Source of the DNA: Paecilomyces variotii
Lineage: Eukaryota
NCBI GenBank assembly: GCA_004022145.1
Contig: RCNU01000004.1
Reading direction: 5' to 3' (one strand)
DNA: 64,000 nucleotides
The notes under the pieces were generated by a model, which was not told the origin of the DNA, did not search any database, and saw nothing but the letters and a program-made list of their open reading frames with translations. Positions 34,422 to 47,640 of the stretch are shown one piece after another. How positions within the stretch are numbered: the stretch's first letter is position 1; the number at the start of each line of letters is the position of its first letter. Both the position numbers and the translations under genes were made by a program.

Positions 34422-37400
34422 TTAGAAGGAAGGTATTAGAATAATAACTGCATATTTTAATCTAAATAGTATTTAGTCTATATTATTATTATTATTATTT
34501 AATTGCTAATTTTCTTACTTAAGTATTATATTATTATTTGTAGTTAATATTTTATTTTAATCTTTTTATAAATAATAGCCTTTTAAGTAATTCTTATAAA
34601 TTGGGTTCCTAAAAGGCATATTATTTAACTTCTTAAGCTTATAGAATCCTTTTTTAAGGACTTCTTTAATTTTATATAGTTTAAGCTAATAATATGCTAG
34701 TTTTATAAAATAAGATATCTTAAGCTTTATATTATAAAGTAGAATAAGCTATTCTTTTATTAGTTATTCTTTACAGAGCTATTTCTTATTATTAAAGACT
34801 TTTTTACTAGCTTTTCTTATATATTAGATATAAAGTTAGGCCTTTTTTATATCTTAATCTTAGAGCTCTATTTATTATATATAAAAAAATAGAAGATCTT
34901 TTATAGTCCTAATCTTATCCTATATTAAAGTCTTTTAGATAAATATTTTTAGTTTAATTAATAGTATAATATTATATCCTATAATTACTCTAAATAGTAT
35001 TAAGCCTATAAAGATCTTAATTATATTTTTATTTATTTAAATTACTGCTAGTAGGTAGTTTACCTAATTTACCTTTATTTCTTTTATAAGTTTTTTAATA
35101 TTATATATAAAGGACTTATATATAACTTTAACTGCTCTATTTATTTATAGGTTATATAATAAGACTTTAATATAATTAATCTTATACTTTTATACTAATA
35201 TATTAATTATAATTTTATTCTCTAATCTTTTATTATTAATAAGAGTCTCTATTACTCTCTAATAATAAATCTAGTTTTTTTATAAAAATTTAGCAATAGC
35301 TTCTAAAATAAGGCTACTAAAAGCTCTATATTTAATTTAGCTAAAATTATCCTAAAGTATAGTAATATAAGTCTTTTTTTTACTAGGTAATATAATCTTA
35401 TAGATATCTAGATATAGCTTTAATTTTCTTAGTAAAATAAATATTAACTATAAAACTTCTTCTATATATTCTTTATTTGCTTTTTAGTACTTATTATATA
35501 TTTTTACCTATCTGGCAATATATTTATATAGGCCTTTTTATTAATATTAATTAGCTATCTTTTAATAAATTGCTTTATATTTATAATATCTATACTTTTT
35601 ATAAAGGGCTATAAGAATTTCTTTTTATTTTTTTTTATTATCAACAATTATATAATAAGGCTAATTTTATTATACTCTCTAAAAAAATATACTATCTTAA
35701 ATTATATACTTCAGGGTCTTTTTCTTAAACTTAGTATATTATTCTCTATCTATATTATCTAGTTTTATTATAGTTTATAATTATTCTATAATTAGCAAAG
35801 ACTTTTCTAACTAATATAATATAGGTATTAATTAAGGGATATTATTTAATTTTACCTTTTATATACTAGTATAATAGACTATATAAAATTATAAATCTAG
35901 GAATTCTTTTATATTATTATCTTTTGCCTTTTTTAGGTCTTACTTTATTATTAGCTTCTAAGATAGCCTATCTATAATTAAATTTTTTTTCCTTAATATA
36001 TAGATAATATTAAAGTTAAATAGCTAAATTTAAGTAATTTACTAAATAATTATTAACTTAAGAAGGTTTATAGCTATTTTATTTAGTTATACTATTAGAG
36101 TTTTTATATCTATCTCTAGTTAAAAATATATATTATATAAATATATTTAAAATTTATAAAGCGCCTTTAATATTATTCTATACTCTAGCTTTTCTCTATT
36201 ATATTGCCTTTTTACCTATATTTATATTCTATTTTTATATCTAGCTAAGTATTTTTTATTAAACTCTTTTTTTTTAAATAAGTTAAGCCCCCTATTTATT
36301 ATTATTAGCATTAATATTAATAATAATTATACTTCTCTTTTTATAGTTAATTAGCTTAAATGCTAGTATTATTATTAGGGCTATTTTTAAAATATTTATT
36401 ACTTTTTACTATTTTAGCCCCTAAAAGAAGTCTTATCTTTTTTTTAATATTAAATATATTAGCTTAGCTTTAATAATATATTTTTTAATCTATATCTAGT
36501 AATAGGCTATAACCCCTAGAAATCCTCTTATTTTTTATAAGTTTTAATAAGATAGCTATTTTAAGATTTTAATTACCTTAGCTAATTTAAGATATTTCCC
36601 TTTAATATTATATATATAGCCTATTATTTTAATTCTTAGTATTATAAATTATAATTTCTCCCTAATAATTATTAAATATATAAGTTTAAGGCTATATAGT
36701 ATCTTATTAATATTCTAGATATATTTAAATATAAATCTTCTAATTTTTAGCAGCATCTCTTCCCCCCTATAATTAGTCTTAGGTCCTTATATTAGTATAT
36801 TATCTAGAAATATATTATAAATATTAGAAATATTATCTGCTAATACTTTTATAATTCTTTATATAAACTCTTATATTATATTTATCTATCCTTAAGATAA
36901 TCTAGCTTAATAAATTAAACTAATTTTTAATATATAGAAAGCTATTAAGTCCTGTAATTCTTTAGCTAACTCTAACTAATTATACCTAGAGAATAAGTCT
37001 ATAAATATTAATACTAGCATTCTACTAAACTCTTTTAAAAACTTATTAGCTAAAGGGAGCAGATTAATATCTTATATTATTACTTAATTAACTTTTATAG
37101 CTATATTAATTAGCTAATATTTACTACTTTTCTTTTTTATTAAGAATTATAGATTTTAATAGGGTCTTTAACTATATTTAAGAATCCCTATATTTATTCT
37201 TTCTTTTATTATTTCTTATATTATATTATAGAGTATCTTTAATATTAAGAAGCTTTTTATCTATTATAATTTATAATCTATAATCTAAATAATAATTAGA
37301 GGTATAACTTTTAGATATATTTATCTAATCTTTTTAAAGATTTAAACAAGGATTACTTCTTAGGTAAAAAGTATTTTTATTAATAGTTCTTTCTCTCTTA

Positions 37401-40400
37401 GCTATAAATTATTACTTATAATAAGGTTTTTTAGATAGTCTAGCATTAATCTTATTTCTCTCTTAATATTTAATATCTTTAGCTAGATATATTTAGTAAA
37501 TCCTTTATATATTTCTTTTATACTTCTTTAGGGGTTTTTATAATAATGCTTTTTAATAATTTTTTTCTATCTTAATAATCTCCCTAGAGCTATTATAGGT
37601 TTATTTAATATATTTACTAAATATATCTTTTTATATTTCTTCTTATACTATATATTAATAGAATATTTTATTTTTATAATAAAAAGGTTATATCTTTTAA
37701 ATAGTTTATATCCTTATAATCTTCTAACTTCTTTATTTAATTTAGTAGGTTTAAATATCTTTACCCCTTTATTTTTAATTTCTTTACTTATTCTAAAGCT
37801 AATATTATTTATTAAATATAGCTCTTATAGGCCTTCTTTATTCTTAGTCTAATATTTATTATTTCTTTCTAACTTTAGTTTAATAATTTTTATACCTAAA
37901 ATAATAGGTCGCATAATATCTTTTCTTTTAACTTATTTCTTAGGTTATTTATTAAAAATACCTAAATAATAGCTTAATTCTTTTAATTTATAAAATAAAT
38001 TATACTCTTTATTATTTTATTTAATAGAGTAATATATTATAAATATACTTAATATTTAAAAGGCCGTCCCAGAATATAATTATAATTAATCTTATTATTT
38101 ATTATAAAGAAAGGGACCTTATAATAGAAAAATCTTATTTATATAGATATCTCTTTATAAAGACTTATAAAAGGGATCTATTTGCTATTTGCTAATATTA
38201 TATTATCTCTAAATTTTTAGCTTATAATAAGTTTATAGTAATTTACTATATCTTTATATATTATATTAATTTTGGCTTTATTATCTATTATAATATTTTA
38301 TATCTCTTTATAATTATTAATTCTAATCAGCAACTTCAGAATTATAGCTATATATAGTACTTTATTTTTATTAAAAGGCTTAAGTTATAAGAATGTATAA
38401 GTATACTAATTCGCACTATTTACTATATATTTTATATTTAATATAAAGGCATTAAACTATACTCCTTTAATATTATAAAATATTACCTTTATTATTATCT
38501 ACTGTAATTGTAAGATAAATAAGGCCTTATATAAATTAAGAGATAAACTAATAAGGTCTTAAATTAATATCTAAACTCTAGTATTTAATATCTAATTTAT
38601 AACCCCTATTATATTAATAGTTCCTTTTAGCTTATCTATAATTTTAAACCTCTTTAACTTTTACTTCTCTTTTATCTTAATAACCTTTTTATTCTTATTT
38701 TATTTAAGCATATTCTTTATTTTCTCTTTAACTATTCTTATTTTCTTAATTATACTTAGAGGCTAATAATTATTAAATTAATTTATCTTAACTAAAGAAA
38801 ATCTTTATTCTTATTTAATTGCTTTTTATAACTTTTTTTTATATAATTATTTAGTCCTACTTTACCTTTTCTTTATTTTTTAAAGCTTATTTAATCCTAT
38901 TATATTAATAGAATAATAATTTTTTATAATATCCCTAGCTTCTTCTTTTAAGCTTAAGTTATCCCTAAGCTATCCTAGTATAATCAACTAGATATTATAC
39001 CTAATTAAGCTAATATTCTTTTACTTTTCTTTTAGTCTCTATTTAATAATCTTTTTTTATAATATATTCCCCTATATAAAATAAATAACTTCTTTATTCT
39101 ATTTTTTTAGCCTAAAATAAAGTTTATAATCTTCTCCTTAATAGATAAACTTCTAATTTAAAAGGCTTTTTAAATCTAGGTAATAAGATTAAATATAATT
39201 AGAAGCCTAGCAGAAGTTATATAAGTTTAAAGATATTCTAGATCTTTTAGTTAGATTAAATCCTAAAGGCGCCCTAGCTTATATATTTATATTAGCGTTA
39301 GATTTACTACTATTAGGCCTCCCTATATATTATATATTATATAGTTTTAACTTCTTAAACTTTTTTATTAACTAATTAATTTATAACTATTTTATTAACT
39401 TTATTTTAGTATTTTATTATTTAATTCTATTTTTATTCTTATCTAAATAGATTCTATTAGGTTTAATAAAAAGTTATATATTATTTTTTTTAATTATTTT
39501 TTCCTTTATTAAAGCTATTATATCTTAATCTTTCTTTAGTTTATTGCTATTAAGGTAGTAAAGGGTTTTAATTATTCTTACCCTATCTACTACCTTTTTA
39601 TAGAAATTAATATATTTAATAGTAAATAAAATATAATAATTTATATTTAACTCCTAAATTATTTATTACTTAAACTCCTTTAAAAATTCTTAAAGATATT
39701 AAACTTTCTATAAGTATTAGCTTAACTTATTTAAAATTATTAGCGCTTCTAATATAGCTTAATATTCTTAGTTATATTCTCTTAGGTCCTTAAAACTATT
39801 ATATTTTATATTTTTAAATCTTTTTAGCTATTAAATATTATATTTCCTTTAGTATTTATTATAGTAAACATATTTTTATTTAGTCGCTTCTATTAATTTT
39901 AAGTAGTTTTTCTCTTTATATTTAAGTTAAATATTTATTTATAATAATATTAATAGGCTATAATAATTTATAAATTATTTAGTTTTTTCCTTTTTTAAGA
40001 ATTAATTTACCTTATATAGCTTTTTAAAAAGCCTTAGATAATAAGTAATATTATCTTCTTTAAAATATAATACCCTAAGATTTTTAGGCATTAATATTTA
40101 TAGAGCTAATATAACTTAAATTAGCTATACTATTAATAGTCCTATATTTTTAGATACCTAAGCTATTTATATCTCTAAACTTAATAATATTAAGAAGCTA
40201 GAAGTCTTTTTATCTTAACTAATATTAAAAAGATTAGTGCTTTTTTCTATATTTTTTTAAAAAAATAGTAATAAAGATAATAATAAGAAATTCTTCTATT
40301 TTTTAATAAATAGTTCTTACTTAATAATTTCTTATTCTTTTTAAATTTTTGCTTCCCTTTTATATTTACTAAGCTCTTCCTTATATTTAGCAGTCTTTCT

Positions 40401-40600
40401 TTTTTTTTATTATTAATATATATTTTTGCCTTATATTATATTTGCTGTCTTTACTAATTTAAGAAATATATTTATCTCTTTTTATTTATAGTAATAATCT
40501 TCTTTAGCTATTTTATTTATCTTTTTATTATTTTTTATCCCTTTCTTTAGCTTTAGCTTTAATCTTAGTTTTTAATTTTTTTTTCTCCCTTATTTTTGCT
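34422..40600 (-). pseudogene. gag-pol relic of the Gypsy element
   Basis: De-RIP reading: RT GPYRNPWFLVKKK.GKYRLI, DLFSGYDQ, LPQGWTN (~36885-37180) and FLDD (36799-36810); integrase CxxC (VKTCDECQ ~35490) and catalytic core; C-terminal KLAYRWLGPY...GNRLK, stop near 34422. The gag start boundary is approximate. Confidence 0.85.
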
Positions 40601-40635
40601 TAATATTTTAATACCCCTTATATTTAGCTCTAATT

Positions 40636-40975
40636 TATTATAGGAAAATATATTAAGACTTAATATAGAGTCTTTAAATAAGTAGGTATTAAAAAAGAAA
40701 AGAAGAGTATTTAGCTTTAGAGCTTAGAGTAAAGCTAAAAAAGAAGCTCTAATTATAAACTAATATAATAAACTAATAATAATCTAATATTAAACTAATA
40801 TTAAATAATAATAAAAAAGAAAAGCTAATTATTTTATTCTGAATAATTAAAAGGTATTATCTTTTTATTATCTTTTCTCCTCTCCTACTTTATTTATAGA
40901 CTTTTTAAAGACTTTAAGTAAAAACATATAACCCCTTAACTAATTATATTCTTTACGCCAATTCTCCCTACTACA
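40636..40975 (-). repeat. 5' LTR of the Gypsy element
   Basis: Direct repeat of 30721-31059; on the minus strand followed by AAT-TAGAGCT, a possible RIP-eroded TGG primer-binding site. Confidence 0.93.
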
Positions 40976-42103
40976 ATATTTTTATTTATAATCTTATATT
41001 TTATTCTAATTATTTAAATAGTATTAAAGTAGGGTTTAATAACCTTTAAGTCTTTATATTTAGCTCGCTAATAGAAGTATTATTTAGAATAAATACTTTT
41101 TAGTTTAGGGTAATATTTAATAAATATAGATGCCTAATTTTTCCCTAGCTAAACCCTATTATCTCAACCTATAAGAAAACTATCTATCTCTTAGATTTAT
41201 ACAGGCCGAGGATTTAATTCTTATAAATTTATAGATAGTATCTATTATATAAGCGATTTTTACTATATTTTATTCAATTTAAATATATTGTTAGGGATAT
41301 TGTAGTAAAATTAATATCCTTAAAGTCTTATCTAAAGGGTTATATAAGGAATATTAAAAATTAATGCTGTCTTCTATATAGAGGGAATTTAATCTTTTTT
41401 TAAAGCTTTAATTACTAATAAGACCCTCCTCTCCTGCTTAATATGATTTTTTGATAAAATAGGCTTTTTTAGTGGTATAGTGGGTGGTTGAATAAAACTG
41501 ATTTAATGATCGCGAGGGAAGCTTATAGGGTAATCAGGTCGGGCGGGTAATCAGGTCGGTCGGGAATTACGTTAACAAAAGTCGATCTGAGATGATAAAA
41601 ACGGGACCCAGGATCTTGTAAAGCGTCGACTGCCTCATCACATTAAGAGCTTACCTTCTCCCTTGTCAATACAACGTAGCCATATGAATAGATGCATGAT
41701 GTGTGAACAGTTTCGAGACTTCTAATGGCACCCTTCTCGTCAAAGGGAATTCATTAAATGAGTGATATAACTTAGTAATTAACTTTCTTTTTCCAAATAA
41801 TATCTGGTGACAGCCATATGTTATAGGTTAACCATGTCGAATATTGAATAGCACGGAAGCATAGTCTGATTTGAACCAACTCGAATTTCTTATTTTGCGT
41901 GAATTTTAGTTCTAGTTGGGGGAGGGGTTAGAACCCATATTTATCTCCTCTAGCATACGAAGGATCTGAATCAGAGTCTTCGTAAAAGGCTTTTCAATCG
42001 TTATAACCAACTCCAGAGAGACACGACCTGTAGCCAGTGTCTCAAGTCGCTTAAGCAAGCAAATTTACTCGTTTTTCGCACGATATCACTGCTAGAATTC
42101 TAA

Positions 42104-42869
42104 ATGCCAAAGTTAATGCCCCGTCCAGTGCATGAAGTTGCAATATTGGCCTTTCTACGATTGCATCCAACCTGAAGTCTATCGAATAGGCCTAGATATG
42201 AAGTAAGGCCTTTAAGAAGTACTACTGTCTATATAAAGAATTATACCAAGGAGGCAAATGCTAGTTTGGAAACCAGCCTCATTCGGCAGTTTATAACTAA
42301 GTCTTAGACGTCGCTCAGACTGCTACAGCAAACTTTCATGCACATGGTTATCGCTTATCGTCGAGCCTTTGCAAGAATTCGGGAATTAGAAGGTAAATAA
42401 CCCCCTCCCACCTTCCCTTTAGCTTTTTACCCTCTTATGTCTTTATCTTTGTTATTTTTCTAATTTTTTTCTTTTCAAAATGATAGATTACATTCAGTAC
42501 CACCGTGGACAGCCAGTCCCAAGGGAACGTTTTCACCCATTCCTTGGCTTGTCTATGACAGACTTGATCGATATGGAACAAGGAATGTCAGAACTCCAAG
42601 TTGGCGAAACGGATGAGATCAGGGTTACAATGAATTTCCATGGACTTGATAGTAGAGTCGATTCAAAGATTGGAACTCGACTCTCATGGATTGCTAGAGG
42701 CAAGTGGCTCAACGGTTAAGATTATTATTACCTTCAAAATAAACCTTGATATTCCAAGGATCCTCATCGAGCGTTGGGAATTGCGTCCTCGACAGTCGCA
42801 CCGCCAGACACGAGCATGACTTCAATCAGGTACCTGCACCTGCGAAATGAGTATGGATTATCAAAATAA
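42104..42869 (+). pseudogene. Probable orphan two-exon pseudogene of unknown family
   Basis: One frame MPKLMPRP...IAYRRAFARIRELE, GTAAAT...CTAAT...TAG intron (42393-42486), then DYIQYHRGQP...; in-frame stops at 42173, 42305, 42717 and about 42747. Confidence 0.35.
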
Positions 42870-44080
42870 CGCAATCTATGTCTCTGGAAATTTGAGTTTA
42901 CCCTTCTAAAACGTTGTCAGCAGGGGAAAAGATCAGAACAAACCCCAAGAAAGGATTTTATCATTTCTACTCAATGCCTTTCTAGGCTTGCAACGCGAGT
43001 ATGGATAAAGTGTCGGCGCACAAAGCGAAAGTCCGGTAATCTATCAATCATCCGCTTGCAGCAGGTTCTAAATACAGGATAGAACCTAATCTAGATTCTT
43101 TGTATGCTATAGGAGATAAATATGGGTTCAAAAACACCTAGAACTAGATTCAAGCAGTCTAGATAAATAGACTAGGTGGTTTAAATAAGACTATGCTTCC
43201 GTGCTATTCAATATTCGACAAAAAGCAAGGATTCATTTGAAAGCCGACACATTCATTTTAGACCATCTAATTATCTGGTAGAATACGAGTCCTTTGGACA
43301 GATTAAATGTCCAGGGCGTGTTTATTCGTCTATAGATCCTGAATGGTCTAATACGTGTGCAATATTGAGTGATCATCGTATAGGGAACGCTAGGCACTGT
43401 GGCCTTAGAGCCTCCCTGTACTTCAAACCTAGGAAATCTGCCCAGGGCAAGACTCGACGGGACAATTCTACGTGTATTCGAGGCAGACAAGACACAGAGA
43501 AAGCAGAGAAATAATGACAAATTCACATTCCCATGATACGCCGCGATACTGCAGGCTCAAATGATTCCCAGCACTGTTGCACCCGCCCATAGAAGTTCGC
43601 CAATCCGTCCTTGAGAAAAGAAAAGAGAAAAGAAAAAGAGATAACATACATGAAGAACATGAAAAGAAGAAGAAGCTTTAAGGATCCACAAGCATGATGT
43701 GTCTGCCCAACAAGACCATGAGGGTTTCCTCGAACAGAGGCATGACACATGAGACCTGCTAGCTGGCCATGCGAGGGCATAACTTGTCTATTGCGACAAG
43801 CAAGACACAGGGACCAGGAAATAAACACGAGAAAATCGAAGGTAGAAGACCGATATGAGGACGAAGACAGGAAAGGACGCTTCCCAGCCTCCCGGCACCG
43901 AATAATTCGTAGCACATGCGCGATCATTAAGCCCCCGGAGTACACGTATCGCTCAGAAAGGAAAGAAACAGCAGTCCATACTCCTCTCACTCGCAAGCCC
44001 TGTTTCGGGTTCCTTGCGAGTCACGAGAGGTAACGTGACCGCTGTGGGTAGATGAATTTCCGGAGTCACGTGGGACACAC

Positions 44081-45039
44081 TTAACCCTGTGCGTGATCGA
44101 TTTCAAGCTGGCCGAGATCTTTTTCGTCCTCCGCATAGTCTGGGAATTCGAGGCCAGCATCCCGACAGCGCTGGATCCACTTCAATGCGACGTCACCACG
44201 GCGGTTAACCTCGCCCTTCAGCTTTGCGTTCTGAGCACTGATTTCATTGATCGCATGGCTGGTCGTCATGTTGTTCTGATCCCATCTTTCGTTCATGGCC
44301 TTCTTCTCCTCATGCAGCTGGCAGATGTACTCAATAGCACGCTGCAGAATGGCTCCCTTATTTTTGTCGCAGTTGGGAACGAGCTGGGAGATCTGGTTAA
44401 TGCCCTCGTTGATAGCTTCACGGCGACGACGTTCAACTGGGAGTTGATCAGCAATCATGCCAGAGACAAGGTGGATTTCTTCCTGAGAGTCTTACCTTCC
44501 TTGTGGTTGTTCTTACGAATGGTGTGCCATTCGGGCGAGCCAACTGTAGGCTTCTGATTCATGCTCTGTGCTTCGCGAGCCGCATAGACAGCGGCAGCAG
44601 TAGAGTTATGACCATGACTGGGGCCCATGGCACTTTGATTTAGCTCGTCACCGAAGGTGAGACCATGTCCGAGGTTGCTGTTGAAGTCGTTCGCAGAAGG
44701 AGGAGGAGGATACTTGTTCTGCGGAGCGTGGGCAGCGAGGGCCGCTTTAGCAGTCAATGCATTCTCGTCGGATATGCCATTCTGAGGTCCAACATGCTGA
44801 AGGATCTGCTGGTCGATCTGACTGAGCTCTGGAGAGGTGTTCGGAAGTCCATGGTCATAGGGGTCCAAGGATCCATGAAAGCCAGATTGGTTGTCGCCAG
44901 TTAGACCCTGGATGTTCCCATTGCTACCATGAGAGGAACGGTTCAAACGCTGAGGATCAGGTCCAGTACTGTCATTGCTTTCGCGCTTCCGCTTGTTAGA
45001 AGCATTGCCATCAGTGGCACTGAGAGATTGGTCCGACAT
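44081..45039 (-). CDS. CBF1: bHLH-zipper transcription factor, centromere-binding factor 1 ortholog (AnBH1/PENR2-like); intron 44495-44437
   Basis: KPTVGSPEWHTIRKNNHKEVERRRREAINEGINQISQLVPNCDKNKGAILQRAIEYICQL after splicing; the CBF1 signature basic region. Confidence 0.92.
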
Positions 45040-47640
45040 GATCGAGACTCGAATGAGTCACTGGATGCACTGTACGACGAAGATCAGAGGCCGTTACACT
45101 GACTTGATAACAGACAGTAATATTTACCAGAACCAAGGTCGTGCTTGAGTAACGTGAAAGAATGTTCACTTTATGTGCTTTCAGTGCGCAGCACCTTACA
45201 GGCCGGAGACCACTGCAAATTTGTGATACACTTAAGTCTGTTGGCTGTCAGTACATGACAACATAGAAGGAGCAAATTTGAGCAAGAAAAGGACCCGTGC
45301 TCCTCAAGGCCTTCCTTGCAATAGACAAGGAGCAATATGTGCGGGGATGATGCAACAGTGAAGGGCTATGTCAGTGAAATAAGACGCGCCCGTGGGGAGT
45401 AGAGTTGAGCACAAGCGAAGAACAACGCGTCCAGACTGAGAACATGAAGCCTCTTTATCCCTATCAGCTGCATAGATATAGCTAACATCATGCATACTAA
45501 CACCAGGACCTTAAGGGAGGCTGTCCAGAGTAGAGACGCGTTATCGCAGGGCGTGCGACCGCGACTAGAGGCACAACAACAGCGTCGCGAATCACAGCCA
45601 TATTGCGACCGGCTTCTAACGGATAGTAGCCAGATCGTAGATAGCTATGCGCTGCTGAAACGGGCTTGGATGCTGGAGATAGGCAAAGGCGGGGATTATC
45701 GTCAGAGGAACTGGAGCCGTACCTTGGATGGTCTATCTATCACCTGACAGGAAGTCACCTGCCACGGGCAACAACAGAGGCGCGCTCGAAGTCACGATGT
45801 CGAGACGAGAACGTCGAGATTAGAAAGCGCAAGAGTAAGATTGGGACAAGAGGTTGCTGCAACGGTCCGGGATCCAAAGAAACCCAGAAACAAGCAAAGA
45901 AAGCCGTTGTTTTATCATGAAAAGAAGACGGGGGACTTGAGTACTGGATAGAAGGGCGAGTAGAGCAGAGGGAGGGCGGGCTGCTCACGTGGCGAGGGAC
46001 GAGGAGAAGAACAGAAGAGGAGAAGCCGTTGGGTCCGGCGGCGCGCAGAGACCGCAGACGCAGATGCAGACGCGTCACCTGACGGCGGAGCTTCCAGGAT
46101 GATCCCGACCGGGGCCGACGCTCAGGAGACGCGAGGGGAACTTTTGGACAGGCACACACCACCACCCGGTCTGGTCTCTACCAGGCCAAGTCGAGAACAT
46201 GATGACTGACCACAACCGGGAATTGGAGGGCATAAAACCATCCAGGTAGACATGAAGTTTTCATCTTTCCTGTGGTCTCTGCCAATCATGGTCATGTGCA
46301 GGTATCCCGTGCCCCGGCGAGCCCTTATCACGTTCTCATGTCCAGAGTAGCCGCATCGTTGGCGCCGCTGATTGGTTCAATAGGGCTGATCCGGATGTGA
46401 GGGCCGTTGTTCCGAAAGCACGTGCCTTGCCCTAGCCCTCCTCCTTGTCTGGCTGTGCTTGCTCGTACTCTCCAAGCCGAGTGCCCCGTAACTTGGGACC
46501 GTTACTCCTCCAGCCTCTTCACTGATGCTTTTCGGATGATATATATGATGCTCAAGCCGTCTGCGGACCTTGTCAGCTCATCCATCGCTTTTCTTCCAGA
46601 CGTGGTGGCTGCTGGAACCGGGCATCCGGGATGTCGAATTCACTTCCCCCAGAGAGCTCTGGCGGACTCCATCTCATCAAGGGCAATATCTAGGCTGACT
46701 TAGATCATATCTAAACAGCGCTTCTCGATTAGTGACATGAAGATCTCCCGCACCTAGGTGGTACATGATTGCCTGGCTGTTAAACAACCCCCATCCACAT
46801 ACCTTCTGTGCCCTGGACATCTGGCCTGATTGACCGTCTCTCTCTCATCCCCGGCTATTCTTCTGGAGTATCCAGTCAGACTCCGTATCAGGGTTCTTGG
46901 CAGTTAGCTCTGTCACAGAAAACAAGGGTGGTCTGGGGGTCATAGGTGTATCACATGTGCCGGCGCTGCACACAACCAAACGCAATCTCCCAAACCCACA
47001 CGCCCTTCAAGTTGATATAGCACATTTTTTCTTTCCTATATTGGACATCTTCTGTGCGGGAGCCTAGTCATCAGCTTGAAAGCTTTTTGAGAGACATCAA
47101 ATTCCCTGGCAGCTGATACACACGTATCTTCACATGTCGTGACTGTCGATCCTTAGCACGACTAACTGTCATGAGATGCACAGGTAGCAGCAGCAAGGTG
47201 GGTGTGGTAGTGAAGAAGGTGAGAGATAAGAAAGGAAGACAGTCACGTCCTCTGTTTATAATTCCCGTCCCAGGTGGGAATTCTGACACGCAGAAAGATC
47301 CGGAACTCCAAGTCACATGGACCTAGCTTTTTGACAACTAATCTGCACATGACCTGCAATGTTATGATTCCTGATAGTATTGATGCTCTAGCATTTTTCC
47401 TTACTAGTTACTCTTCATAGCCTGGTACGGTCTATCTACTTTGAAGACCTGATGTTTTACATCCAACAGAACGCATCTTTAGGAAGTTCTGTATTTACAG
47501 TACATTGTAGTTATCCTAGAAAGTTAAGTACAGTATAGGGAGCGCCGGCTGCAGCGCTGCGAGAAAGGTAATTGAGTCTAACAGATAAGAAAAACTTCCC
47601 AAAGCGATCTATAGAACCCATAATGAGTTGCATCATCTCC

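Larger units (their letters stand above)
30721..40975 (-). mobile_element. Full-length Ty3/Gypsy LTR retrotransposon (about 10.25 kb), RIP-inactivated
   Basis: Two ~340 bp LTRs with TG...CA outer ends, 4 bp TSD ATAT (30717-20, 40976-79), polypurine tract AGAAGAGAGGAGG on the minus strand next to the 3' LTR; pol relic with RT upstream of integrase. Confidence 0.95.
29032..41478 (-). pseudogene. Fot1/pogo DDE transposase relic, split into 41478-40980, 30720-30692 and 30162-29032
   Basis: After reversing G>A/C>T changes: N-terminal MPPK..EQEGR.LL (HTH), DIYNFDETGY.MG (30684-30720), LILDGHGSH (~29820-29845), QPLD.GCF.PLK (~29700-29737), C-terminal knuckle TCSNC..RGHTR.RCPN* (~29032-29087). Confidence 0.88.
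28912..41572 (-). mobile_element. Fot1/pogo-type (Tc1/mariner) DNA transposon, RIP-inactivated, host of two nested insertions; own length about 1873 bp
   Basis: 45 bp TIRs ACGTAATTCCCGACCGACCTGAT(C/T)ACCCGCCCGACCTGAT(C/T)ACCC at 28912-28956 and 41528-41572; TA TSD at 28910-11 and 41573-74; RIP-eroded transposase on the minus strand. Confidence 0.95.

Noticed and set aside
28912..41572. AT-rich block as a mitochondrial insertion (NUMT), contaminant or centromere
   Set aside because: The entire block is accounted for by three TEs with matching termini and TSDs; no mitochondrial gene motifs. Centromere function cannot be judged from sequence, but the block is short and flanked closely by genes.
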